Of a stretch of DNA of 64,000 nucleotides, positions 11,561 to 24,521 are shown one piece after another; position 1 is the first letter of the stretch, and every line of letters starts with the position of its first letter. A model generated the notes under the pieces. The model searched no databases. It was given only the letters and a program-made list of their open reading frames with translations, and was not told the origin of the DNA. The position numbers and the translations under genes are program-made. The stretch lies in the NCBI GenBank assembly GCA_965649765.1, contig OZ287748.1, positions 10,788,001 to 10,852,000 on the forward strand, given 5' to 3'. This DNA comes from Bispira polyomma (lineage: Eukaryota).

Positions 11561-13612
11561 AAAACAGTAATTCGTAGTGGTAACAGTACACCCTTGATTA
11601 AGTGAAAGGGATACCAGATAATCAAAAGATAACATGCACAAATGGCATTCGTGTTCCTCTATTACAGGGCACACACAGAGAGAAATTATTCCATCCACCC
11701 CCTCCCAACACCCCCAATACACACTTAGTTTATTTTTTATATAATACACAGATGGACATATGTATTAAGGGGGTGTGGGGGGGTTGGGGAGAGATGTTAA
11801 AATATTATGGGTCTCTTTGGCTTCTCACTTATCATGTTGTTTAATGGCATATGATTAAAGATTTGATGAAACTTAAACTGAATAATTCAATTTTTTTAAA
11901 CCACTATAAGAACAAAAGAGGATAGTTCAATCCTTGAAGTACATTATAATTGATGTCTTTATTTACCAACTATTTAAAATATATTTATTGAAATGTTTTT
12001 TTGTTGTTTGTTGATTCAAAAGGAATTCATCAACATTTAAAGAAAAATGTCTTAAATGTAGTTTTAAGTTTACACTTTCTGAATTTTTACTTAACATCCT
12101 TGGCATTATTTTATATGTATACTGGTAAACTCTATTGTGTTTGATATACCATATTACATAGTGCCCATGTGGCTGTCACGTGGCCATATACATAATTATT
12201 ACACAGTGAGACAATTATGTTGACAGTCCTTGAGAGATTCCTCTTCTGAACACGTGCTTCTACCTAATGCTTGGGAAATGTTTTTTTTTCTCACAAAATT
12301 AGTGGGTAATTACCTCACGTCACTCAAAGTGTGATATCTAATACTAATTACTAACTCAAATTGATACCAATGGGCTTGTTAGCTATGAGTTACAACAATG
12401 GGGGGAAATATCATGAAATATGTTATTTATGTTTGAATCCTATGGTGTTTATTAGAATGGTTGTGTAATTGTATACTGCTGGCTTATGTAATAGTACATA
12501 TCTTCTTTTTTTAAATGATATTAGACAGATTGGAGGTATTCTTAATTTGCCAGTCAAATAAGTAAGTGTGAAATGATTTTAATTAAAACATTGACCTTGA
12601 ATTCAGTTCTCCCTTGTGAAAGCCAAGAAGGTGAAGTTTAAAGGTCAAGGCGATAAGTAAGATTGTAAGGCGAATTTTACTAAAACTATAGTTTGAGGAT
12701 TTTATTACTGTACATGTTAGCAGTGTAACTGTATATATACAACCAGGGAAAGATATATATAGGAAATTTTAAAGTATATGTCATAATTATAAAACACCCA
12801 TCACAAAGCGATATAAAACAACAAATCAAGTACATAATCTGATACTATCAGGACAACTAAAAAGGACTAGCCAGTTAAATATAAAAACAGCATCTTGGCA
12901 TATCTAATCGCTGAAAAACACAAATACTCCTCAGCAACAGTAATCTTAATCAAGTCGTGCTCCCCCTATGGCCCATAGCTTCTATCTCTACTATTAGTTA
13001 TAGCAACTTTTCAACTTTTAAAACGAATTAATGGAAACCGAATTTTGTTCGGGTTTTCTGTCATTTCTAAAATATTTGTACATATTGTGACGGCCAGATT
13101 TAGTGATGGAGGAAACCTGTACTATTTGTACTGGGAAAACACCAACCAAGTAGCTGGCAAACTTTTCCGTGCAGGAGAATACCCAAGAATCAGGTGTTTC
13201 TTTAAAATTAATGGTCCAAGCCGAACGGTCTCTGCTGAAAACTAAGGTGACGGTAACAAATTGTATTTTTATGTATTGTTTAAAGTCATTTTGAATTTCT
13301 AATTACACATACACCCATTATAATTATAAATCAAGTTAAAGCGATGCAATTTTATATTAATATAATTTTATATCATAATTTTGATGAATAAATGTAATAT
13401 ATATTTAAAATTTACTGAATATGATGTACCAATGTAAACTTGAACTGAGTAATTTATTAAACAAGGTTATTCAATAATGTGGCCCAGAAAGCAGACAGTA
13501 CATTCTTTAAAACGAAACACCTGATTTTAACAATAGGTATCACCCAAACAGGAGTTTAAACATGGAGAAAGCAGTGGGAGTCAATAGCTACTGTCCCGAG
13601 AAGGGGTGTGAG

Positions 13613-13834
13613 CAGGGGCGTAGCTACCATTAACGCCAGTACGCCCAGGCGTACCAATTTGATAAAAAGAAAGAAAAAAAAAATTGAAAAAAAAAAAAGA
13701 AACTTTTTTTTATTCTGTTTGTTTGTTTTAGTAGTACCATAGATTCCTGTTGTTAAATTTAAAAAAAAAATAGTACTCCTCAAGTAAACCAAAAAAATAT
13801 GTAGATACCCCCCCCCCCCCCCCCCCCCCCCCCC
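13613..13834. mobile_element. Short MITE-like element (CAGGGGCGTAGCTA terminus)
   Basis: 5' CAGGGGCGTAGCTA and a degenerate inverted end TGTAGATACCCCC merging into a poly-C tract. Confidence 0.45.
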
Positions 13835-16269
13835 ACGAATTGAACAGGAATTTAGAGTAAACTATTATATACCTCTATTTATTAAGATTTTCTATGAATG
13901 TTGTGATTGTAGTATGCCTTATTATTTTAATCTTGAGTTATTTGAAATTAGCATGTTTCTATTCAGTCTTCACTACACACATCTAACATTCACTTTTCCT
14001 AACACAACCATCTGGCATTTGGCTACACTTTCTAAATCTGCATTCTCAGCCACTTCCTTAACTATTCAGATTGCAAAATCGATGAGGTTTTTCAGTGTTA
14101 CTATGTCAATTCACATACCCATGGTCAATCCAACAGGGAAGGAATTCAGTGGTAAAATAAAGAGTTAAAATTATGAAACACACATTTTACAGAGTTTTAT
14201 TTATTGTACATTCCTGTGCCCTTTACAGTTAACAATTCAGTAATCAGTTTTAACTTACAACTGTTATTGCTATTAACTTTTGTTATTTTACTGTCTGTTA
14301 TAACGTAAACAATACCCTAACAACATCTCTAATATATTAACAGCATTAAAGCAGTAACTTAAACATATTTTTACTAGTTTTATTAAAGCATTAATGAGCT
14401 AACACATTGCACCAGTGCAATTTAATACCCAGACATCCCATGTTGCCTGATGTTAAGCTGTAGTATATTTACAAAGTAGTGTTCACACTATGACAGAATG
14501 GAGCGGTGCTGAGAGACATTTCTGTAAATGGTATTCTAGTACAGGGAACACTATCTATAACTTCCCCTAAGTTTATTTTTCTTTCCAAACCTTCGGCAGT
14601 CAGCCATGTGAGGCGAAAGCTTTGGGCTTTGCTTTTTTCGCACCAAGGTAGAAAGAGGTGGCGAAATGCTTCCGCCCTTTTCCGAATATTTAAGGGCCTT
14701 AAAAGGGTAACTTAAAATAAAGGGGTGCATAGCTTTATTATACTACATAATTAAAATTAACTAAGGTAACTAACTATGGTAATATACCAAAATTTGATTT
14801 AATATATATCTCTGTGTTAAATCAGATCTGTGTTGTGTGTAATGCATATGGAAAACTAAAATCTATATCCAACATTGTACTGGTGTCTAGATCATATCAG
14901 TGGTAGAGATATGTGCCAACTTGGAAAGGGTAACATGTCAATTCATCATGTGTGCTGTCATGTGGGACATAGTATGCCAATCTCAAAATGGGACACATAA
15001 TCTTGACATTTTTATTAGATAACTAAGAGGAATGAGTCTAATGAGCCTAGTATCTGGGATTGTAAATTGGTATGGCTATTAAATAGGTATGAAACCAGGC
15101 TTAAAATTCATAATACTGATCGATATAATATGTTGAATTATATTTCTCATGTGTTGATCTTTAAATAATCGTAATAAAAGAGTTTGTTTAAAGATCATAA
15201 GTAAGGGGAAGATATAGAAGTTTGTTGTTTTAGTTGGAATGGCTGTGCCCAATTATAGAACCAGGCACTGCTACTAGTTGTAACAGTAAATTTTGTAGCA
15301 GTTGCACGCCTTCAGACAAATTAGAGTAGTAAGATAGAGTGAAGATGGTATGAGTAAGACAGCTAACTCGAAGAGATGTTATCAAAGTAACGTTGAGTGA
15401 GGGAGATGTTAGTGGAAGGGAAATGGGTAAGATTTTAAATTGAGGAACCAAGTGTTGGGCATTACCATTTTTTTTAAATAAAAATATATAAGTTTTTATA
15501 ATAACAATAAAACAAAAACACAGTGTACCCACAATTTATAAATAAAATAAAAAATTATTTTTAAGTGAGAAGAGAAGCCCAACCTAACTAATTTATTGTC
15601 ATTTTTTTTAACATAATGGAAATTGGTGATGAAGATTGACGGGTATGATGGAGTCATTTATTTGTTTTACAAGTAATTTTCACCTTTTTTTTATTATTTT
15701 CAGTGGCTTTGAACACTGATTACATTTCTTGCCTATAACTAAATGTTGAAAGAGTTTTGGAAAGCCTTCAAACTTGATTGAAATGCGAAAACTGTGTCTA
15801 TCACCCAAAGTCATCCCTTGCAAAATGGCGCGATAAATTCCTTTTGTAAGGATGGTTTCATTTGGTCAGTTTGCTGCTAAGTATTTACAATTTATTTATG
15901 AACAAGTGATTTCAAGGGTCATTACATTTATAGTCTGGCTTTATTTTCTTCACTTCACCTACAGCCACGTTTTACTTTGTTTAACGCCATATTATCACTG
16001 AATACCTACGTTGGGGAGTATGGACTATACAGATAATTGTGTTGGCTTTTAGGAGGCCATAATATTGCTTATTTTACCTAGGGTCTGGAAAGCTAGACTC
16101 TGTACAGTTAAGATTGCAGGTGTGATAGACAATCCAGCCCGATATTGAGAGTATTATACTATTGGCACAGGACTTTTTACAGTGGAACATTGCAAATTTA
16201 GCTTTAGATTTTGATGTCATCGGACTGATAAATCTATATAAGGTATATAAGGGTAGGGATATAATATTG

Positions 16270-16640
16270 GATCAAACATGTTTCCACTTGCAGTCCCCAA
16301 AATGGAGGGTTACTTTATTACAATTACAAGGTGTTCCATTTCATCATTCTGGTGGCCTTGATGGACTCATCTGGAACAATATGGACAGCAAAGGTGTATG
16401 TTCCAATGCACAGATCTTCAATGACACACTTTTGAAACAGAGACTTGAAGCTAGCATATTGGGCTTACCAGAACCAGTTCCTCTGAATTATGATAACAAA
16501 TCTACACCCTACTTGATTATTGGAGATCATGTCTTCGCCCTTAGATCATGGTTATTGAAGCGCTTCTCTTTTTACGATACACCTGATAAATACATAATCT
16601 TTAATTATTTACTTTTCCAGGCCACCCTTGGCCGCTCAAA
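16270..16640 (+). pseudogene. PIF/Harbinger transposase (HARBI1-like DDE nuclease) remnant
   Basis: Across a frameshift: PQNGGLLYYNYKVFHFIILVALMD then SKGVCSNAQIFNDTLLKQRLEASILGLPEP...PYLIIGDHVFALRSWLLK...IFNY, matching the Harbinger NYKxxxS, GxxSDxxIF and GDxAFxL motifs, with substitutions and a deletion. Confidence 0.85.
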
Positions 16641-17477
16641 AATTGAAGTAATTCAATAAATTACCTTTATTTAATGAATTGATTAGGATTGAAATTGTAC
16701 AATGGCAAAAACATTGCTTTGGTAGTGGAAGGACAAGTGATTTTACAGCATATTTAATATGTATTACAATGCTCATGTCCTGTGCAATACTAAATATTCA
16801 AATTAACCTAAAGTTATTCTCTGTATGCATTTTAATCAATTGTTATATGATATACACTACAGGTTTACTTGTCATACAATACCTTTCTTCATTTGGTTTT
16901 AATACCACAGAACTGAATAAGTTGGATTCGACACAAGTCTAACCAGTGATTTGTAAAATTTGATTACAGTTAAACATATAATGGGGTTTTTCACAGTAAA
17001 AGATTACAGTTTGAAATATAATGTGGTTTTTTTTCACAATAAAAGTTTTGCATGATAATTCAAGGACTATGAATCAGTTGTAGCCTTGACACGTAGATCA
17101 GAAGGCTGCAGCGTTAGGTTTCAGTCTTGGACTAAGAAGGTTGCATAATTGTAAACTGTATCATAGCTACTGATCACCGGTTTGGGGTTTTGGACTAGAG
17201 ACAATGTTACAATCCTTGACTAAAGATCAGAAGATTATAATCAGGAGCTAGTATCCAGCTTTGGGAGATCCACTTCCAGAATATATTGTAAATATCAATG
17301 TAAAAAATTAATTGTCATGTTTACTGATTGATTGTCATGTTTACTGCAGATCTGAAAATGCTTTAAAAGAGGAGTCCACCCTACCCTCTAGACCAGGATG
17401 CTACAGTGGGGAGCACAGTCTTTCATTTTTCGTTAAACATTCGGCAATATTGCTGTATAGCTATCCCAGCATATTAG

Positions 17478-17525
<48 letters not shown>

Positions 17526-17727
17526 AGGGTTTAAGTAACGCTATGCACCAGGAATGAATAAGAGAAGGTAGAATTTATTAATAGCTATTGTTAATTTGAA
17601 CATCATGTGTCATCCTTATTAGGATATATGTTTTGTGTTTTTTTTTGTTTTTTTTTTGTCTCATTAACCTAATAAAAATTAACTTTTAAAAAGCAAAGAA
17701 ATTTATTTACTAGTGCACATGACTTAA

Positions 17728-18610
17728 GGGTTTAGTGACGTAAACACAAAAACACAACGGCGATAAAGTATGATGCTCTACGAATGTCCATTTCTACTCT
17801 GTATAACAACTTTGTTGGCTTTAAAAGTACACTTTAGTGAGGTTTTAAACTATTTTTATATGTCCAGACAAATTAAATTAAAAGGTTAATACTTTACTAT
17901 AAAACTATAAAAACACCCATATAATGATTCTTGTATTGTGACGTCACACAATTTGAAAATATACGTCATATTTGTAAAGAAATCTCGCAGAGCCCTTTCT
18001 ATTGTGACATAATACGAGTATTGATCCAGCATATATCAATACAAGATATACGCTACACAACTTTATAAAACATGTATATTATTTCTAGTGATTTACATTC
18101 TTCAAAATGTTTCCTTATTTTATAAAAACAAAGAATATAAAACATCTTTCTGTTTGGATAAGTGTAACTTTAATGTTTTTCTAAAATAAGCCCAGTTTTT
18201 GTGCTTTTATTAAAAAACGAATTCATTCAAAATAATGCTGATGTTTTCCTTTTTCTAGTTATGCAGAATACTTCAGTATTGATTCTTTCTTGGTATGTGA
18301 ATTGTGTCACGTTTGTGAAGCATGTACTTTGAAAACAATACCCGCAATTTTACACACTGCTATATGTTTCGTATGCCTCAAGAAAAAGTAATTCCTCAAG
18401 ATGCCTTATAAAATGGTACATAAAATATATGAATTAGTATATAATTAAAATATATGTCATTCTTTATTATTTCTAATCATGAAAATGTAAATATGTTATC
18501 TATAAATCGAGTTTAAGGCCACAAAGAAAACGTTGTGTAGTTTCTAAGAAGCTCAAACACACATAACGTGGTTTTCGGCAATCAGTTTATGTGTTTACGT
18601 TACTAAACCC
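17728..18610. mobile_element. Kolobok-type non-autonomous DNA transposon (883 bp)
   Basis: TTAA on both sides (17724-17727, 18611-18614); 26-bp TIR GGGTTTAGT(G/A)ACGTAAACACA(A/T)AAAC with 2 mismatches; RR..YY termini. Confidence 0.8.
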
Positions 18611-19589
18611 TTAATAAGTCGTTATCACTAGACGTATTGGAGAGCATACCTAAATAAACTGTGAGCACAAAATTATCTGATGCTTACAACTTCATTAATT
18701 TTTTGTGGTTGGCACGATATGATGTCATGATTCTTGGTGGTCACGGTTTAATCTTGTGCTGACTAAATAATTTATTAAAGTAGTAAGCACAAAATTATCC
18801 TGTGAACAAAAAGTCATTCTGTAACCATGATGAGAACATAGTTATGCACATGAAATGATTGATACTCATGACTTTATAGGATGAGGAAAATACCTACTCA
18901 TGTCTTAACTGGGGCTCCGCAATTCGTGGGTCATTTTAAATTACTTCTTTATTTATCAGTTTCAGTCACGCTTTTCCCCCCAAAAAGCCTAAACCTAAAT
19001 AATATACAAAAATTGTGATAATTCAGTTATTTGGGTATTTTTTAATTCACAGGTTGGAGTGACATGTAACTTTGACACACATCACATGCATTTGTAAAAT
19101 GCACAGTTTCATTGTATTATATGGCATGCATGAGAACATATTGGTTCTGGATTGTGTAGGTATTTGTTCTATAAAACCACTATATTCTTTGGATCTATCA
19201 TCCTGTCATTGGAAGTTCATACCAAACAATTATTTTTGGGCGCTTTTTAATGTTTTCAATTCTATTTGAACTGTATGACATCACAGTATCTTCTCCGCCC
19301 AACATGTCATAGAAAATGTCATATTTTGTAAGACATATTTCAATTGTTTAGCATATGTTTATTTCACACTGCAGTTATGGATTACAGAATGGCTGATGGT
19401 ATCTTATCTGTTGATTCCTTTGGTTACAGTGGTCTACCGACAGCACTTTTACTGACATGAGTAAAATGTACATGTAACTGACGTTCCAATGTAAGACGCT
19501 GACTAAACTTAAAATAGCATTCCATCTTTATATGCTCTAACTGACAAGAGTGATCACAAATAGTCTCCTATTGTAACCTACTAGGTAAC

Positions 19590-19830
19590 ACACTCACTTA
19601 GGAGCACAGAGCACCTGGGGCCCTAGGTATGAGCAAATATATAGTGGTTCGAATGAGCACTTATGAAAATGATGGTTCTCTGCCATTGGGTCCTTCCCCA
19701 GTGGCAGGTTGAACAACCTTAGAAACTTTGATAAAAGGTTGTCATCCACAAATGTCATTCACTCAGGGAATGACAGTTACTAGTGCTGATTAGCTGTACT
19801 TGGACAGTCAAGAAAAGATTAGAATTAGTG
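19590..19830 (+). mobile_element. SINE family A copy
   Basis: Shares the body AAAATGGCGGTCCTCTGTCATTGGGTCCTATCCCCAGTGGCAGG...TTGATAAATGGTCATCC with copies at ~31470-31690(-), 46740-46935(+), 50795-50980(+), 60870-61090(-), several of which retain tRNA-like A/B boxes. Confidence 0.7.
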
Positions 19831-20039
19831 CTATGAATACACCAGATAAAGGTAGACAGATACACTCAGTAGTATTCCAGAAGAATTTATATAGTGCAAA
19901 ATTGATATAGCAACCTCTAATGCTCTAGTTGTCCACATGGTTAGTCGGAGGACAGAAATGGGTCGTGGCTGGAATGGCATCCATAGGGCAGATTGGCTAA
20001 GGTGGAGTAAAAGCCAATTGATCACCTTAAAAGTGAGTA

Positions 20040-20310
20040 AATCATATTTAAAAATGATTCAGTATCTCACTGGCAACCAATGAAGCTTTTATAAAAACAG
20101 ACCAGTGCAGGTTTTACAGCCATTTCATTTTGGACTTTTTTCAACTTCGCCAGATTGGCCCTGCTAACACCATTGAGCAAAGAGTTGCAATAATTCAGAC
20201 GACTGCTGACCATAGCATTAGCAATCAAGATAGCAGTGCCCTTATTAAAAAGCCTACTGATATTATGCAAATCTGGCAAGCACGGCAAGTTTTAAAAATG
20301 TGGATAAGTA
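20040..20310 (-). mobile_element. L2/CR1-group LINE RT fragment
   Basis: IANAMVSSRLNYCNSLLNGVSRANLAKLKKVQN followed by an LHWLPV-type motif; same motif at 43160-43250(+). Confidence 0.8.
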
Positions 20311-22974
20311 TAAATTTAAAAAAGCTACTTTCAACATTTAGGAGAAAAATTATATAAATTTATTTATAAATACAAATAACAGATTTAACCAAAATTTACA
20401 ACTTAACAAAAACGTAATTTACTTATATCTATTTGGCACATGACTTCAAAGTATATATCTTTGGTATAAATAACTGTTAATATATCTCTGCGTAAATTCG
20501 ACCTTATTTCATGGTGGATACAATATAATAATTTCAATATTTAGAAACAAAATCACGATATCATAATAAATATACTATCAATATATATAAATCACACATT
20601 TTACCAAATTTTACAACTTGCAAATTTGATACCCCCAACTCCCTACGAAAAATGTCTTCAGTATAAATACCTGTTAAAATCCTCACATAAATTAGACCAC
20701 AATTCGTAGATAATGGTGTGATAGATATCATTTAAAGTTTCCATCTATTGGCTGGCAAGTGACCAAGTGGAGGGGGAGGGGGTCAAAGTCAATGTAACAT
20801 TGATAGACAGTCTCAGCAGTGTGTGGCTGATGTGACAATTATCACATTAATAGACATGGAACCTTGATACCTTCTTAAGGGCTCCACTACACTAAAGCCA
20901 ACCCCACCCTCTCCTCCTCACACCACCCCACACCTCTTATACAGCTACTAAAGCTCATCATATTTCTTCCCCTCCCCACGTGAGCTGATAGAGTGACAAA
21001 GTTCCGTCTCCGAGTCACACAGGGGGGTCGGGGCCCCTTCCGTCCGGGGGGCGTCTTGTACAAATGGCGAAACTATGAAGTGTCAGTTCATAAATCCTAT
21101 AGAGCCCTGGTTGCCGTCCCAACCCCTAAAACCCACACCCCCTAGCTCCTAGGTGTTTCGAAATGAAAAGCCTTGTCTCAGACATGAGCCTCGAGCTTTT
21201 TCTTCTGTCTGAGATGACACAATCACTGATTATGTTGGTGGTTGCTTGGATTCACCTTTGAAACGCCCATCCAAGGTAATCCTAATGATATCTGCCTTCT
21301 TGGCCCTTGTGAAGCTATAAGATAATTTAATTTTGTTCATAGCTGCAACTTATATTTCTAAGAATGTAAGAATTTGTAGCAAGGTATAACCTAAAAAATA
21401 TAACAATTTGTGTGCTTTCTTGACTGTTTTATCACTATTTATCCAGGGATGTCTACATAATGCTGTTAAGTTTACTTTTTCACATCATTATATCTTTAAC
21501 ATTATTACATATAATACAACCAAAATCACAACAGTTGTTCTGTGTTATATCAGTAGCATTAAATTGTAAAAAGTTATAAATAAAATAATCTGCCTCTTCA
21601 TCATAATTAGAGCTGCAAAACTGACGGGATCTCCCTTCAAAACTCCTATATGAAATATTCCAGACGAGGCCGATATCTTAGGGTTAGGATTTTCACCTCC
21701 GAACACCGAGCCCTGCCCATTCTATTAACTTCTTGTGGTTCTGTGGACAATGCCTTGCTTGTGGTTTATCTGCCATACAGCTTGTCTGGGGGGATGGCCG
21801 TTTCACAGCGGGCAATTAAATGAGGCGGCAAGGGGTCTTCAATGGAGTAGAATGCAGCCTTTTGTACTCCTATTGTCTCTTAATCAAAATCTCCAGCAGA
21901 ACAATTTGTTTTGTCCAGGGGAGATGAGAATATTTCACTTGTGACTTTGAGTGATATTATTAGTGGGAGGGGAGGGGGGGGGGAGAGAGAGAGAGAGAAG
22001 GACCTAATAGTCTCATCTTTAAAATAAAAGAAAAAACACAATAGGAAAAACTGCATGCTGCTAAGCTCAGTCTTAAAGCTTAAAATATGAGTTAGCATGC
22101 ATGTTTGTATTTGCTGTATTGGTAAATATGACATTATATTAGAATTAAACCTTGAAAAGTTTAATTAACATGAAAAGAACAAATCATAAAGATACATGTA
22201 GATGCACTAATTTATAAATATAGAAACACTTTATAAGTTCAATAAGGCATTTTCTTATCTGTTGAGTCTGAGTCCATGATAATGACGTGAATCTATCATA
22301 GAGAGACGGAAGTTCATTTCCATCACTACTGAGACAAAAATACAAGGACATATAGACTAACAATCCAACAAAGAGCAGGGATTGTTTCTCAGCCCCTCAG
22401 ACCAATTAAGACAGATGTTCCAAAAACTGGCAGTAATACCAATGACCAATCTATAAAACAGGGTCTGGTAGTAAATCTGTGAACCTGATCTGTTTTCATA
22501 TTTAGAAATCCATTTTCAAAATAGGGAGAGGGGGAGCTAGCCATTCACTTGGGGGAGGAGGTATGACTCTCCCTCTCTCAAAGTGTCACTGGTGTTTGTG
22601 GCTGATGATGATATAATAGCAGAAAGGACTATTATTGCAGGTGATGTCAGTATTAACACGGACTATAAGGGGCTGGAGTCTCAGTGGTGATCACTAACCA
22701 AAGTGTATATAGTTAGGGAGATAGGGTTTCACTTGACAGTTGTTTAATACCTCCACATTCATCAAATTTTAATTAATTTCAATAATGGAGGGTATTAACA
22801 CAAGCTGATTTAGAACACGGAGAAAAGGGGCTAATTTTCTGACAGCTGTAGGTCACTTGTGAATTATGAGGTGAGGGGCTCACATAGAGATATATTTGAT
22901 TTAGCTATTGTATGGGAAGTGAGAGACCAATCAAAGGAAGACTTTATGCTATTAAATACACATGGTTTTATATA

Positions 22975-23330
22975 GTTGACTATGATGTGGTCTAGTGAGA
23001 TAAGGGGGTTTGTCTAGTGAAGGGGTTCTCACTTAAATAATACACAAGATTGGACTTACCCATGATGTGGTCTAGTGGTAAGGAAGTTAGTCTAGTGAAG
23101 GGGTTCTCACTTAAATACACAAGATTGGACTTACCCATGATGTGGTCTAGTGGTAAGGAAGTTAGTCTAGTGAAGGGGTTCTCACTTAAATACACAAGAT
23201 TGGACTTACCCATGATGTGGTCTAGTGGTAAGGAAGTTGGTCTAGTGAAGGGGTTCTCACTTAAATACACAAGATTTTATAGTTACAATGATATGTGGCC
23301 AAGTAGTAAATGAGTTTATCTGGTGAAGGG
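22975..23330. repeat. 75-bp minisatellite, about 4.5 copies
   Basis: Unit GATTGGACTTACCCATGATGTGGTCTAGTGGTAAGGAAGTTAGTCTAGTGAAGGGGTTCTCACTTAAATACACAA at 23048, 23123 and 23198, with degenerate flanking copies. Confidence 0.95.
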
Positions 23331-23870
23331 AGTGTCCCTAGTTCTATTCCCAAAGTTGACAATGAAATTCACTCTACTCTGGTCATGCAATTTTGCAAGG
23401 GTATTTACCCTTCCTTGGAGCACAAGATTTAAATTAAGTTGGCATTTAATTTAGCTTTCAACAATTTGCATGTTATGTTGTGATGACAAACCAGCATTAT
23501 AGGTTAGATGGTCAAGATTTATGTGTAAACCAACAACCTTCAACAAGGCTACTGCCAACATACCCACAGGGTTGAGATTGAAACTAACTACTACAAGAGG
23601 TTGGATGTGGAAGTGGTACTACACCACTGAGCTACACCACTTAGGTTCAAATAAGCATCTTACATGATACATTGCCATGGCAATGTTACACATCAATATT
23701 CTCAACACTAATAATTAGTGTAAACCACAGTGATTCTCTTCAGTAACAACATTAACATAACTATAGCCTTTAATTGTTATGTTGAGATGTGCTTATTACT
23801 CTGTCAATATCGATAGGTAAAGTTGTCACACTCCTTCTCAGTTTAAATATGCTTTCATTTTGTTTTTGTT

Positions 23871-24521
23871 CTACTCATAATAAACTCCATACACACTAGC
23901 CACAGCACATAGTGTCTCATTGTCAAAGGTGGCGCACGCCCAGTTGTCACGTGATCCATCCCACACTCCTCTGCTGGCTATATGTAAACCCTGCTCGTTG
24001 GCCTGGCTGACAATCACGTGACACACTAGCTTGTAGCGGGGCATAGGCACTTCTTTGATTTTGGTTTTGATGAGGGCACTGAGTTTACAAGACAGATCTC
24101 TGGCTGTGGAAGGGTCATATCTCACCCCAGCGAGCTGGATATTCAAGATTTCCTGCATAATCTTCTCCATTTTCCTGGCCTCAAACATTTCCCCTGTCTT
24201 GGGCTCCAGTTGGTAGCTGTTCTCCCTCTTCACGGACGTCTGTGACTTTTGGCTATCGCTGCCGAACTTCGTCCCTCTGCGCATGCCCATGAACAGGGAC
24301 AGAGAGTTCTGGAAGCGCGTCATCGTGCTCCTCCGCCTCTCGCCGAGCCCGCTAAAGTCACGTGACGGTCTTCCCCGACTATGATTGCCCCCGTGACCAC
24401 CTTGCAGTAGTGACGGGTGGAAGGAGCCACGGCGCAGATCAAAGGGCTTCTGTAAGTGTTGTTCTTCTGGTCGTGGTGGTGGGTGGCCTAATAAGCCAGT
24501 AGACTTGTGCATGTCTGTCAT
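23871..24521 (-). CDS. Tctex1 domain-containing dynein light chain (TCTEX1D1/DYNLT5- or DYNLT4-like), 216 aa, intronless CDS
   Basis: ENSYQLEP...YDPSTARDLSCKLSALIKTKIK...PRYKLVCHVIVSQ..QGLHIASRGVWD..RDNWA...AVASVYGVYYE is a complete Tctex-1 domain after a disordered N-terminus containing RRGS/RRRS motifs. Confidence 0.93.
   Translation of the reverse strand: MTDMHKSTGLLGHPPPRPEEQHLQKPFDLRRGSFHPSLLQGGHGGNHSRGRPSRDFSGLGERRRSTMTRFQNSLSLFMGMRRGTKFGSDSQKSQTSVKRENSYQLEPKTGEMFEARKMEKIMQEILNIQLAGVRYDPSTARDLSCKLSALIKTKIKEVPMPRYKLVCHVIVSQANEQGLHIASRGVWDGSRDNWACATFDNETLCAVASVYGVYYE

Noticed and set aside
16162-16659. 165-aa ORF as an intact HARBI1-like gene
   Set aside because: TTG start, N-terminal half out of frame with the transposase homology, catalytic-region substitutions and a deletion.
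22992-23313. Overlapping ORFs on both strands with 25-aa repeats
   Set aside because: Artefact of a 75-bp (multiple of 3) minisatellite; no splice or codon support.
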